A stretch of DNA of 64,000 nt from Auanema rhodensis (taxonomy: Eukaryota; Animalia; Nematoda). Shown one piece after another: positions 1-15,000 of the stretch (within the stretch, counting starts at the first letter, position 1; each line of letters starts with the position of its first letter). Where the stretch lies: positions 4,030,001 through 4,094,000 of the forward strand of contig OZ059896.1 of assembly GCA_964057225.1 (NCBI GenBank). Direction: 5' to 3'. The position numbers and the translations under genes were made by a program. The notes below the pieces were generated by a model, which did no database searches, was not told where the DNA came from, and worked only from the letters and a program-made list of their open reading frames with translations.

Positions 1-3000
1 AAAAATTTTTGTCAAAATGTTTTTGGAAGCAATTTTGAGTGTACATGGAAACTCAACATACACTAATGCATCATTTTTCAAACGATCATAACTTATTTTT
101 GTATTAAGCGTTTCTCAATGTAGTATAGTGCATTCGATGCGGATTTTTAAGCTGCGTCGATCTGTAATATCAGATTTGCGCTAGCTTGAAAATGCACCGA
201 GATATCAACTGATATAAGTTCACACCTATATCCTCGATTTTCACCCTGAAGAATTAATTTTTTCGTTGAATAACATTGTCCATCGTTTTTGCCTTGAAAA
301 AAGGAATCTAAAAACATCTACTTTTTGCTAAATTATTTTGAAATTTTTCGAAAAAATTTTTGTCAAAATGTTTTTGGAAGCAATTTTGAGTGTACATGGA
401 AACTCAACATACACTAATGCATCATTTTTCAAACGATCATAACTTATTTTTGTATTAAGCGTTTCTCAATGTAGTATAGTGCATTCGATGCGGATTTTTA
501 AGCTGCGTCGATCTGTACTATCAGATTTGCGCTAGCTTGAAAATGCACCGAGATATCAACTGATATAAGTTCACACCTATATCCTCGATTTTCACCCTGA
601 AGAATTAATTTTTTCGTTGAATAACATTGTCCATCGTTTTTGCCTTGAAAAAAGGAATCTAAAAACATCTACTTTTCGCTAAATTATTTTGAAATTTTTC
701 GAAAAAATTTTTGTCAAAATGTTTTTGGAAGCAATTTTGAGTGTACATGGAAACTCAACATACACTATTGCATCATTTTTCAAACGATCATAACTAATTT
801 TTGTATTAAGCTTTTCTTAATGTAGTATAGTGCATTCGATGCGGATTTTTAAGCTGCGTCGATCTGTACTATCAGATTTGCGCTAGCTTGAAAATGCACC
901 GAGATATCAACTGATATAAGTTCACACTTATATCCTCGATTTTCACCCTGAAGAATTAATTTTTTCGTTGAATAACATTGTCCATCGTTTTTGCCTCAAA
1001 AAAAGGAATTTAAAAACATCTACTTTTCGCTAAATTATTTTGAAATTTTTCGAAAAAATTTTTGTCAAAATGTTTTTGGAAGCAATTTTGAGTGTACATG
1101 GAAACTCAACATACACTATTGCATCATTTTTCAAACGATCATAACTAATTTTTGTATTAAGCTTTTCTTAATGTAGTATAGTGCATTTGATGCGGATTTT
1201 TAAGCTGCGTCGATCTGTACTATCAGATTTGCGCTAGCTTGAAAATGCACCGAGATATGAACTGATATAAGTTCACACTTATATCCTCGATTTTCACCCT
1301 GAAGAATTAATTTTTTCGTTGAATTACATTGTCCATCGTTTTTGCCTTGAAAAAAGGAATCTAAAAACATCTACTTTTCGCTAAATTATTTTGAAATTTT
1401 TCGAAAAAATTTTTGTCAAAATGTTTTTGGAAGCAATTTTGAGTGTACATGGAAACTCAACATACACTAATGCATCATTTTTCAAACGATCATAACTTAT
1501 TTTTGTATTAAGCGTTTCTCAATGTAGTATAGTGCATTCGATGCGGATTTTTAAGCTGCGTCGATCTGTACTATCAGATTTGCGCTAGCTTGAAAATGCA
1601 CCGAGATATGAACTGATATAAGTTCACATTTATATCCTCGATTTTCACCCTGAAGAATTAATTTTTTCGTTGAATTACATTGTCCATCGTTTTTGCCTTG
1701 AAAAAAGGAATCTAAAAACATCTACTTTTCGCTAAATTATTCTGAAATTTTTCGAAAAAATTTTTGTCAAAATGTTTTTGGAAGCAATTTTGAGTGTACA
1801 TGGAAACTCAACATACACTAATGCATCATTTTTCAAACGATCATAACTAATTTTTGTATTAAGCGTTTCTCAATGTAGTATAGTGCATTCGATGCGGATT
1901 TTTAAGCTGCGTCGATCTGTACTATCAGATTTGCGCTAGCTTGAAAATGCACCGAGATATCAACTGATATAAGTTCACACCTATATCCTCGATTTTCACC
2001 CTGAAGAATTAATTTTTTCGTTGAATAACATTGTCCATCGTTTTTGCCTTGAAAAAAGGAATCTAAAAACATCTACTTTTTGCTAAATTATTTTGAAATT
2101 TTTCGAAAAAATTTTTGTCAAAATGTTTTTGGAAGCAATTTTGAGTGTACATGGAAACTCAACATACACTAATGCATCATTTTTCAAACGATCATAACTT
2201 ATTTTTGTATTAAGCGTTTCTCAATGTAGTATAGTGCATTCGATGCGGATTTTTAAGCTGCGTCGATCTGTACTATCAGATTTGCGCTAGCTTGAAAATG
2301 CACCGAGATATGAACTGATATAAGTTCACACTTATATCCTCGATTTTCACCCTGAAGAATTAATTTTTTCGTTGAATTACATTGTCCATCGTTTTTGCCT
2401 TGAAAAAAGGAATCTAAAAACATCTACTTTTCGCTATATTATTTTGAAATTTTTCGAAAAAATTTTTGTCAAAATGTTTTTGGAAGCAATTTTGAGTGTA
2501 CATGGAAACTCAACATACACTAATGCATCATTTTTCAAACGATCATAACTAATTTTTGTATTAAGCGTTTCTCAATGTAGTATAGTGCATTCGATGCGGA
2601 TTTTTAAGCTGCGTCGATCTGTAATATCAGATTTGCGCTAGCTTGAAAATGCACCGAGATATCAACTGATATAAGTTCACACCTATATCCTCGATTTTCA
2701 CCCTGAAGAATTAATTTTTTCGTTGAATAACATTGTCCATCGTTTTTGCCTTGAAAAAAGGAATCTAAAAACATCTACTTTTTGCTAAATTATTTTGAAA
2801 TTTTTCGAAAAAATTTTTGTCAAAATGTTTTTGGAAGCAATTTTGAGTGTACATGGAAACTCAACATACACTAATGCATCATTTTTCAAACGATCATAAC
2901 TTATTTTTGTATTAAGCGTTTCTCAATGTAGTATAGTGCATTCGATGCGGATTTTTAAGCTGCGTCGATCTGTAATATCAGATTTGCGCTAGCTTGAAAA

Positions 3001-6000
3001 TGCACCGAGATATCAACTGATATAAGTTCACACCTATATCCTCGATTTTCACCCTGAAGAATTAATTTTTTCGTTGAATAACATTGTCCATCGTTTTTGC
3101 CTTGAAAAAAGGAATCTAAAAACATCTACTTTTTGCTAAATTATTTTGAAATTTTTCGAAAAAATTTTTGTCAAAATGTTTTTGGAAGCAATTTTGAGTG
3201 TACATGGAAACTCAACATACACTAATGCATCATTTTTCAAACGATCATAACTTATTTTTGTATTAAGCGTTTCTCAATGTAGTATAGTGCATTCGATGCG
3301 GATTTTTAAGCTGCGTCGATCTGTACTATCAGATTTGCGCTAGCTTGAAAATGCACCGAGATATCAACTGATATAAGTTCACACCTATATCCTCGATTTT
3401 CACCCTGAAGAATTAATTTTTTCGTTGAATAACATTGTCCATCGTTTTTGCCTTGAAAAAAGGAATCTAAAAACATCTACTTTTTGCTAAATTATTTTGA
3501 AATTTTTCGAAAAAATTTTTGTCAAAATGTTTTTGGAAGCAATTTTGAGTGTACATGGAAACTCAACATACACTAATGCATCATTTTTCAAACGATCATA
3601 ACTTATTTTTGTATTAAGCGTTTCTCAATGTAGTATAGTGCATTCGATGCGGATTTTTAAGCTGCGTCGATCTGTACTATCAGATTTGCGCTAGCTTGAA
3701 AATGCACCGAGATATCAACTGATATAAGTTCACACCTATATCCTCGATTTTCACCCTGAAGAATTAATTTTTTCGTTGAATAACATTGTCCATCGTTTTT
3801 GCCTTGAAAAAAGGAATCTAAAAACATCTACTTTTTGCTAAATTATTTTGAAATTTTTCGAAAAAATTTTTGTCAAAATGTTTTTGGAAGCAATTTTGAG
3901 TGTACATGGAAACTCAACATACACTAATGCATCATTTTTCAAACGATCATAACTTATTTTTGTATTAAGCGTTTCTCAATGTAGTATAGTGCATTCGATG
4001 CGGATTTTTAAGCTGCGTCGATCTGTACTATCAGATTTGCGCTAGCTTGAAAATGCACCGAGATATCAACTGATATAAGTTCACACTTATATCCTCGATT
4101 TTCACCCTGAAGAATTAATTTTTTCGTTGAATAACATTGTCCATCGTTTTTGCCTCGAAAGAAGGAATCTAAAAACATCTACTTTTCGCTAAATTATTTT
4201 GAAATTTTTCGAAAAAATTTTTGTCAAAATGTTTTTGGAAGCAATTTTGAGTGTACATGGAAACTCAACATACACTAATGCATCATTTTTCAAACGATCA
4301 TAACTTATTTTTGTATTAAGCGTTTCTCAATGTAGTATAGTGCATTCGATGCGGATTTTTAAGCTGCGTCGATCTGTACTATCAGATTTGCGCTAGCTTG
4401 AAAATGCACCGAGATATCAACTGATATAAGTTCACACTTATATCCTCGATTTTCACCCTGAAGAATTAATTTTTTCGTTGAATAACATTGTCCATCGTTT
4501 TTGCCTCAAAAAAAGGAATCTAAAAACATCTACTTTTCGCTAAATTATTTTGAAATTTTTCGAAAAAATTTTTGTCAAAATGTTTTTGGAAGCAATTTTG
4601 AGTGTACATGGAAACTCAACATACACTAATGCATCATTTTTCAAACGATCATAACTTATTTTTGTATTAAGCGTTTCTCAATGTAGTATAGTGCATTCGA
4701 TGCGGATTTTTAAGCTGCGTCGATCTGTACTATCAGATTTGCGCTAGCTTGAAAATGCACCGAGATATGAACTGATATAAGTTCACACTTATATCCTCGA
4801 TTTTCACCCTGAAGAATTAATTTTTTCGTTGAATTACATTGTCCATCGTTTTTGCCTTGAAAAAAGGAATCTAAAAACATCTACTTTTCGCTAAATTATT
4901 TTGAAATTTTTCGAAAAAATTTTTGTCAAAATGTTTTTGGAAGCAATTTTGAGTGTACATGGAAACTCAACATACACTAATGCATCATTTTTCAAACGAT
5001 CATAACTAATTTTTGTATTAAGCGTTTCTCAATGTAGTATAGTGCATTCGATGCGGATTTTTAAGCTGCGTCGATCTGTACTATCAGATTTGCGCTAGCT
5101 TGAAAATGCACCGAGATATCAACTGATATAAGTTCACACCTATATCCTCGATTTTCACCCTGAAGAATTAATTTTTTCGTTGAATAACATTGTCCTTCGT
5201 TTTTGCCTTGAAAAAAGGAATCTAAAAACATCTACTTTTTGCTAAATTATTTTGAAATTTTTCGAAAAAATTTTTGTCAAAATGTTTTTGGAAGCAATTT
5301 TGAGTGTACATGGAAACTCAACATACACTAATGCATCATTTTTCAAACGATCATAACTAATTTTTGTATTAAGCGTTTCTCAATGTAGTATAGTGCATTC
5401 GATGCGGATTTTTAAGCTGCGTCGATCTGTACTATCAGATTTGCGCTAGCTTGAAAATGCACCGAGATATCAACTGATATAAGTTCACACTTATATCCTC
5501 GATTTTCACCCTGAAGAATTAATTTTTTCGTTGAATTACATTGTCCATCGTTTTTGCCTTGAAAAAAGGAATCTAAAAACATCTACTTTTCGCTAAATTA
5601 TTTTGAAATTTTTCGAAAAAATTTTTGTCAAAATGTTTTTGGAAGCAATTTTGAGTGTACATGGAAACTCAACATACACTATTGCATCATTTTTCAAACG
5701 ATCATAACTAATTTTTGTATTAAGCTTTTCTTAATGTAGTATAGTGCATTCGATGCGGATTTTTAAGCTGCGTCGATCTGTACTATCAGATTTGCGCTAG
5801 CTTGAAAATGCACCGAGATATGAACTGATATAAGTTCACACTTATATCCTCGATTTTCACCCTGAAGAATTAATTTTTTCGTTGAATTACATTGTCCATC
5901 GTTTTTGCCTTGAAAAAAGGAATCTAAAAACATCTACTTTTCGCTAAATTATTTTGAAATTTTTCGAAAAAATTTTTGTCAAAATGTTTTTGGAAGCAAT

Positions 6001-9000
6001 TTTGAGTGTACATGGAAACTCAACATACACTAATGCATCATTTTTCAAACGATCATAACTAATTTTTGTATTGAGCGTTTCTCAATGTAGTATAGTGCAT
6101 TCGATGCGGATTTTTAAGCTGCGTCGATCTGTACTATCAGATTTGCGCTAGCTTGAAAATGCACCGAGATATCAACTGATATAAGTTCACACTTATATCC
6201 TCGATTTTCACCCTGAAGAATTAATTTTTTCGTTGAATTACATTGTCCATCGTTTTTGCCTTGAAAAAAGGAATCTAAAAACATCTACTTTTCGCTAAAT
6301 TATTTTGAAATTTTTCGAAAAAATTTTTGTCAAAATGTTTTTGGAAGCAATTTTGAGTGTACATGGAAACTCAACATACACTAGTGCATCATTTTTCAAA
6401 CGATCATAACTTATTTTTGTATTAAGCGTTTCTCAATGTAGTATAGTGCATTCGATGCGGATTTTTAAGCTGCGTCGATCTGTACTATCAGATTTGCGCT
6501 AGCTTGAAAATGCACCGAGATATCAACTGATATAAGTTCACACTTATATCCTCGATTTTCACCCTGAAGAATTAATTTTTTCGTTGAATAACATTGTCCA
6601 TCGTTTTTGCCTTGAAAAAAGGAATCTAAAAACATCTACTTTTCGCTAAATTATTTTGAAATTTTTCGAAAAAATTTTTGTCAAAATGTTTTTGGAAGCA
6701 ATTTTGAGTGTACATGGAAACTCAACATACACTAATGCATCATTTTTCAAACGATCATAACTAATTTTTGTATTAAGCGTTTCTCAATGTAGTATAGTGC
6801 ATTCGATGCGGATTTTTAAGCTGCGTCGATCTGTACTATCAGATTTGCGCTAGCTTGAAAATGCACCGAGATATGAACTGATATAAGTTCACACTTATAT
6901 CCTCGATTTTCACCCTGAAGAATTAATTTTTTCGTTGAATTACATTGTCCATCGTTTTTGCCTTGAAAAAAGGAATCTAAAAACATCTACTTTTCGCTAA
7001 ATTATTTTGAAATTTTTCGAAAAAATTTTTGTCAAAATGTTTTTGGAAGCAATTTTGAGTGTACATGGAAACTCAACATACACTAATGCATCATTTTTCA
7101 AACGATCATAACTATTTTTTGTATTAAGCGTTTCTCAATGTAGTATAGTGCATTCGATGCGGATTTTTAAGCTGCGTCGATCTGTACTATCAGATTTGCG
7201 CTAGCTTGAAAATGCACCGAGATATCAACTGATATAAGTTCACACTTATATCCTCGATTTTCACCCTGAAGAATTAATTTTTTCGTTGAATAACATTGTC
7301 CATCGTTTTTGCCTCGAAAAAAGGAATCTAAAAACATCTACTTTTCGCTAAATTATTTTGAAATTTTTCGAAAAAATTTTTGTCAAAATGTTTTTGGAAG
7401 CAATTTTGAGTGTACATGGAAACTCAACATACACTAATGCATCATTTTTCAAACGATCATAACTAATTTTTGTATTAAGCGTTTCTCAATGTAGTATAGT
7501 GCATTCGATGCGGATTTTTAAGCTGCGTCGATCTGTACTATCAGATTTGCGCTAGCTTGAAAATGCACCGTGATATGAACTGATATAAGTTCACACTTAT
7601 ATCCTCGATTTTCACCCTGAAGAATTAATTTTTTCGTTGAATTACATTGTCCATCGTTTTTGCCTTGAAAAAAGGAATCTAAAAACATCTACTTTTCGCT
7701 AAATTATTTTGAAATTTTTCGAAAAAATTTTTGTCAAAATGTTTTTGGAAGCAATTTTGAGTGTACATGGAAACTCAACATACACTAATGCATCATTTTT
7801 CAAACGATCATAACTTATTTTTGTATTAAGCGTTTCTTAATGTAGTATAGTGCATTCGATGCGGATTTTTAAGCTGCGTCGATCTGTACTATCAGATTTG
7901 CGCTAGCTTGAAAATGCACCGAGATATCAACTGATATAAGTTCACACTTATATCCTCGATTTTCACCCTGAAGAATTAATTTTTTCGTTGAATAACATTG
8001 TCCATCGTTTTTGCCTTGAAAAAAGGAATCTAAAAACATCTACTTTTTGCTAAATTATTTTGAAATTTTTCGAAAAAATTTTTGTCAAAATGTTTTTGGA
8101 AGCAATTTTGAGTGTACATGGAAACTCAACATACACTAATGCATCATTTTTCAAACGATCATAACTAATTTTTGTATTAAGCGTTTCTCAATGTAGTATA
8201 GTGCATTCGATGCGGATTTTTAAGCTGCGTCGATCTGTACTATCAGATTTGCGCTAGCTTGAAAATGCACCGAGATATCAACTGATATAAGTTCACACCT
8301 ATATCCTCGATTTTCACCCTGAAGAATTAATTTTTTCGTTGAAAAACATTGTCCATCGTTTTTGCCTTGAAAAAAGGAATCTAAAAACATCTACTTTTTG
8401 CTAAATTATTTTGAAATTTTTCGGGAAAATTTTTGTCAAAATGTTTTTGGAAGCAATGTTGAGTGTACATGGAAACTCAACATACACTAATGCATCATTT
8501 TTCAAACGATCATAACTAATTTTTGTATTAAGCTTTTCTTAATGTAGTATAGTGAATTCGATGCGGATTTTTAAGCTGCGTCGATCTGTGTTATCAGATT
8601 TCCGCTAGCTTAAAAATGCACCGAGATATGAACTGATATAAGTTCACACCTATATCCTCGATTTTCACCCTGAAGAATTAATTTTTTCGTTGAATTACAT
8701 TGTCCATCGTTTTTGCCTTGAAAAAAAGAATCTAAAAACATCTACTTTTCGCTAAATTATTTTGAAATTTTTCGAAAAAATTTTTGTCAAAATGTTTTTG
8801 GAAGCAATTTTGAGTGTACATGGAAACTCAACATACACTAATGCATCATTTTTCAAACGATCATAACTTATTTTTGTATTAAGCGTTTCTCAATGTAGTA
8901 TAGTGCATTCGATGCGGATTTTTAAGCTGCGTCGATCTGTACTATCAGATTTGCGCTAGCTTGAAAATGCACCGAGATATCAACTGATATAAGTTCACAC

Positions 9001-12000
9001 TTATATCCTCGATTTTCACCCTGAAGAATTAATTTTTTCGTTGAATAACATTGTCCATCGTTTTTGCCTCGAAAAAAGGAATCTAAAAACATCTACTTTT
9101 CGCTAAATTATTTTGAAATTTTTCGAAAAAATTTTTGTCAAAATGTTTTTGGAAGCAATTTTGAGTGTACATGGAAACTCAACATACACTAATGCATCAT
9201 TTTTCAAACGATCATAACTAATTTTTGTATTAAGCGTTTCTCAATGTAGTATGGTGCATTCGATGCGGATTTTTAAGCTGCGTCGATCTGTGTTATCAGA
9301 TTTCCGCTAGCTTAAAAATGCACCGAGATATCAACTGATATAAGTTCACACCTATATCCTCGATTTTCACACTGAAGAATTAATTTTTTCGTTGAATAAC
9401 ATTGTCCATCGTTTTTGCCTTGAAAAAAGGAATCTAAAAACATCTACTTTTTGCTAAATTATTTTGAAATTTTTCGAAAAAATTTTTGTCAAAATGTTTT
9501 TGGAAGCAATTTTGAGTGTACATGGAAACTCAACATACACTAATGCATCATTTTTCAAACGATCATAACTAATTTTTGTATTAAGCGTTTCTCAATGTAG
9601 TATAGTGCATTCGATGCGGATTTTTAAGCTGCGTCGATCTGTACTATCAGATTTGCGCTAGCTTGAAAATGCACCGAGATATCAACTGATATAAGTTCAC
9701 ACCTATATCCTCGATTTTCACCCTGAAGAATTAATTTTTTCGTTGAAAAACATTGTCCATCGTTTTTGCCTTGAAAAAAGGAATCTAAAAACATCTACTT
9801 TTTGCTAAATTATTTTGAAATTTTTCGGGAAAATTTTTGTCAAAATGTTTTTGGAAGCAATGTTGAGTGTACATGGAAACTCAACATACACTAATGCATC
9901 ATTTTTCAAACGATCATAACTAATTTTTGTATTAAGCTTTTCTTAATGTAGTATAGTGCATTCGATGCGGATTTTTAAGCTGCGTCGATCTGTGTTATCA
10001 GATTTGCGCTAGCTTGAAAATGCACCGAGATATCAACTGATATAAGTTCACCCCTATATCCTCGATTTTCACCCTGAAGAATTAATTTTTTCGTTGAATT
10101 ACATTGTCCATCGTTTTTACCTCGAAAAAAGGAATCTAAAAACATCTACTTTTCGCTAAATTATTTCGAAATTTTTCGAAAAAATTTTTGTCAAAATGTT
10201 TTTGGAAGCAATTTTGAGTGTACATGGAAACTCAACATACACTATTGCATCATTTTTCAAACGATCATAACTAATTTTTGTATTAAGCTTTTCTTAATGT
10301 AGTATAGTGCATTCGATGCGGATTTTTAAGCTGCGTCGATCTGTACTATCAGATTTGCGCTAGCTGGAAAATGCACCGAGATATGAACTGATATAAGTTC
10401 ACACTTATATCCTCGATTTTCACCCTGAAGAATTAATTTTTTCGTTGAATTACATTGTCCATCGTTTTTGCCTTGAAAAAAGGAATCTAAAAACATCTAC
10501 TTTTCGCTAAATTATTTTGAAATTTTTCGAAAAAATTTTTGTCAAAATGTTTTTGGAAGCAATTTTGAGTGTACATGGAAACTCAACATACACTAATGCA
10601 TCATTTTTCAAACGATCATAACTTATTTTTGTATTAAGCGTTTCTCAATGTAGTATAGTGCATTAGATGCGGATTTTTAAGCTGCGTCGATCTGTACTAT
10701 CAGATTTGCGCTAGCTTGAAAATGCACCGAGATATCAACTGATATAAGTTCACACTTATATCCTCGATTTTCACCCTGAAGAATTAATTTTTTCGTTGAA
10801 TAACATTGTCCATCGTTTTTGCCTCAAAAAAAGGAATCTAAAAACATCTACTTTTCGCTAAATTATTTTGAAATTTTTCGAAAAAATTTTTGTCAAAATG
10901 TTTTTGGAAGCAATTTTGAGTGTACATGGAAACTCAACATACACTAATGCATCATTTTTCAAACGATCATAACTAATTTTTGTATTAAGCGTTTCTCAAT
11001 GTAGTATAGTGCATTCGATGAGGATTTTTAAGCTGCGTCGATCTGTGTTATCAGATTTCCGCTAGCTTAAAAATGCACCGAGATATCAACTGATATAAGT
11101 TCACACCTATATCCTCGATTTTCACCCTGAAGAATTAATTTTTTCGTTGAATAACATTGTCCATCGTTTTTGCCTTGAAAAAAGGAATCTAAAAACATCT
11201 ACTTTTTGCTAAATTATTTTGAAATTTTTCGAAAAAATTTTTGTCAAAATGTTTTTGGAAGCAATGTTGAGTGTACATGGAAACTCAACATACACTAATG
11301 CATCATTTTTCAAACGATCATAACTAATTTTTGTATTAAGCTTTTCTTAATGTAGTATAGTGCATTCGATGCGGACTTTTAAGCTGCGTCGATCTGTGTT
11401 ATCAGATTTGCGCTAGCTTAAAAATGCACCGAGATATCAACTGATATAAGTTCACACCTATATCCTCGATTTTCACCCTGAAGAATTAATTTTTTCGTTG
11501 AATAACATTGTCCATCGTTTTTGCCTTGAAAAAAGGAATCTAAAAACATCTACTTTTTGCTAAATTATTTTGAAATTTTTCGAAAAAATTTTTGTCAAAA
11601 TGTTTTTGGAAGCAATGTTGAGTGTACATGGAAACTCAACATACACTAATGCATCATTTTTCAAACGATCATAACTAATTTTTGTATTAAGCTTTTCTTA
11701 ATGTAGTATAGTGCATTCGATGCGGACTTTTAAGCTGCGTCGATCTGTGTTATCAGATTTGCGCTAGCTTAAAAATGCACCGAGATATCAACTGATATAA
11801 GTTCACACCTATATCCTCGATTTTCACCCTGAAGAATTAATTTTTTCGTTGAATAACATTGTCCATCGTTTTTGCCTTGAAAAAAGGAATCTAAAAACAT
11901 CTACTTTTTGCTGAATTATTTTGAAATTTTTCGAAAAAATTTTTGTCAAAATGTTTTTGGAAGCAATTTTGAGTGTACATGGAAACTCAACATACACTAA

Positions 12001-15000
12001 TGCATCATTTTTCAAACGATCATAACTAATTTTTGTATTAAGCGTTTCTTAATGTAGTATAGTGCATTCGATGCGGATTTTTAAGCTGCGTCGATCTGTG
12101 TTATCAGATTTCCGCTAGCTTAAAAATGCACCGAGATATGAACTGATATAAGTTCACACCTATATCCTCGATTTTCACCCTGAAGAATTAATTTTTTCGT
12201 TGAATGACATTGTCCATCGTTTTTGCCTTGAAAAAAGGAATCTAAAAACATCTACTTTTTGCTAAATTATTCTGAAATTTTTCGAAAAAATTTTTGTCAA
12301 AATGTTTTTGGAAGCAATTTTGAGTGTACATGGAAACTCAACATACACTAATGCATCATTTTTCAAACGATCATAACTAATTTTTGTATTAAGCGTTTCT
12401 CAATGTAGTATAGTGCATTCGATGCGGATTTTTAAGCTGCGTCGATCTGTGTTATCAGATTTCCGCTAGCTTAAAAATGCACCGAGATATCAACTGATAT
12501 AAGTTCACACCTATATCCTCGATTTTCACCCTGAAGAATTAATTTTTTCGTTGAATGACATTGTCCATCGTTTTTGCCTTGAAAAAAGGAATCTAAAAAC
12601 ATCTACTTTTTGCTAAATTATTCTGAAATTTTTCGAAAAAATTTTTGTCAAAATGTTTTTGGAAGCAATTTTGAGTGTACATGGAAACTCAACATACACT
12701 AATGCATCATTTTTCAAACGATCATAACTAATTTTTGTATTAAGCGTTTCTCAATGTAGTATAGTGCATTCGATGCGGATTTTTAAGCTGCGTCGATCTG
12801 TGTTATCAGATTTCCGCTAGCTTAAAAATGCACCGAGATATCAACTGATATAAGTTCACACCTATATCCTCGATTTTCACCCTGAAGAATTAATTTTTTC
12901 GTTGAATGACATTGTCCATCGTTTTTGCCTTGAAAAAAGGAATCTAAAAACATCTACTTTTTGCTAAATTATTCTGAAATTTTTCGAAAAAATTTTTGTC
13001 AAAATGTTTTTGGAAGCAATTTTGAGTGTACATGGAAACTCAACATACACTAATGCATCATTTTTCAAACGATCATAACTAATTTTTGTATTAAGCGTTT
13101 CTTAATGTAGTATAGTGCATTCGATGCGGATTTTTAAGCTGCGTCGATCTGTGTTATCAGATTTCCGCTAGCTTAAAAATGCACCGAGATATGAACTGAT
13201 ATAAGTTCACACCTATATCCTCGATTTTCACCCTGAAGAATTAATTTTTTCGTTGAATGACATTGTCCATCGTTTTTGCCTTGAAAAAAGGAATCTAAAA
13301 ACATCTACTTTTTGCTAAATTATTCTGAAATTTTTCGAAAAAATTTTTGTCAAAATGTTTTTGGAAGCAATTTTGAGTGTACATGGAAACTCAACATACA
13401 CTAATGCATCATTTTTCAAACGATCATAACTAATTTTTGTATTAAGCGTTTCTCAATGTAGTATAGTGCATTCGATGCGGATTTTTAAGCTGCGTCGATC
13501 TGTGTTATCAGATTTCCGCTAGCTTAAAAATGCACCGAGATATCAACTGATATAAGTTCACACCTATATCCTCGATTTTCACCCTGAAGAATTAATTTTT
13601 TCGTTGAATGACATTGTCCATCGTTTTTGCCTTGAAAAAAGGAATCTAAAAACATCTACTTTTTGCTAAATTATTCTGAAATTTTTCGAAAAAATTTTTG
13701 TCAAAATGTTTTTGGAAGCAATTTTGAGTGTACATGGAAACTCAACATACACTAATGCATCATTTTTCAAACGATCATAACTAATTTTTGTATTAAGCGT
13801 TTCTTAATGTAGTATAGTGCATTCGATGCGGATTTTTAAGCTGCGTCGATCTGTGTTATCAGATTTCCGCTAGCTTAAAAATGCACCGAGATATGAACTG
13901 ATATAAGTTCACACCTATATCCTCGATTTTCACCCTGAAGAATTAATTTTTTCGTTGAATGACATTGTCCATCGTTTTTGCCTTGAAAAAAGGAATCTAA
14001 AAACATCTACTTTTTGCTAAATTATTCTGAAATTTTTCGAAAAAATTTTTGTCAAAATGTTTTTGGAAGCAATTTTGAGTGTACATGGAAACTCAACATA
14101 CACTAATGCATCATTTTTCAAACGATCATAACTAATTTTTGTATTAAGCGTTTCTCAATGTAGTATAGTGCATTCGATGCGGATTTTTAAGCTGCGTCGA
14201 TCTGTGTTATCAGATTTCCGCTAGCTTAAAAATGCACCGAGATATCAACTGATATAAGTTCACACCTATATCCTCGATTTTCACCCTGAAGAATTAATTT
14301 TTTCGTTGAATGACATTGTCCATCGTTTTTGCCTTGAAAAAAGGAATCTAAAAACATCTACTTTTTGCTAAATTATTCTGAAATTTTTCGAAAAAATTTT
14401 TGTCAAAATGTTTTTGGAAGCAATTTTGAGTGTACATGGAAACTCAACATACACTAATGCATCATTTTTCAAACGATCATAACTAATTTTTGTATTAAGC
14501 GTTTCTCAATGTAGTATAGTGCATTCGATGCGGATTTTTAAGCTGCGTCGATCTGTGTTATCAGATTTGCGCTAGCTTGAAAATGCACCGAGATATCAAC
14601 TGATATAAGTTCACACCTATATCCTCGATTTTCACCCTGAAGAATTAATTTTTTCGTTGAATGACATTGTCCATCGTTTTTGCCTTGAAAAAAGGAATCT
14701 AAAAACATCTACTTTTTGCTAAATTATTCTGAAATTTTTCGAAAAAATTTTTGTCAAAATGTTTTTGGAAGCAATTTTGAGTGTACATGGAAACTCAACA
14801 TACACTAATGCATCATTTTTCAAACGATCATAACTAATTTTTGTATTAAGCTTTTCTTAATGTAGTATAGTGCATTCGATGCGGACTTTTAAGCTGCGTC
14901 GATCTGTGTTATCAGATTTGCGCTAGCTTAAAAATGCACCGAGATATCAACTGATATAAGTTCACACCTATATCCTCGATTTTCACCCTGAAGAATTAAT

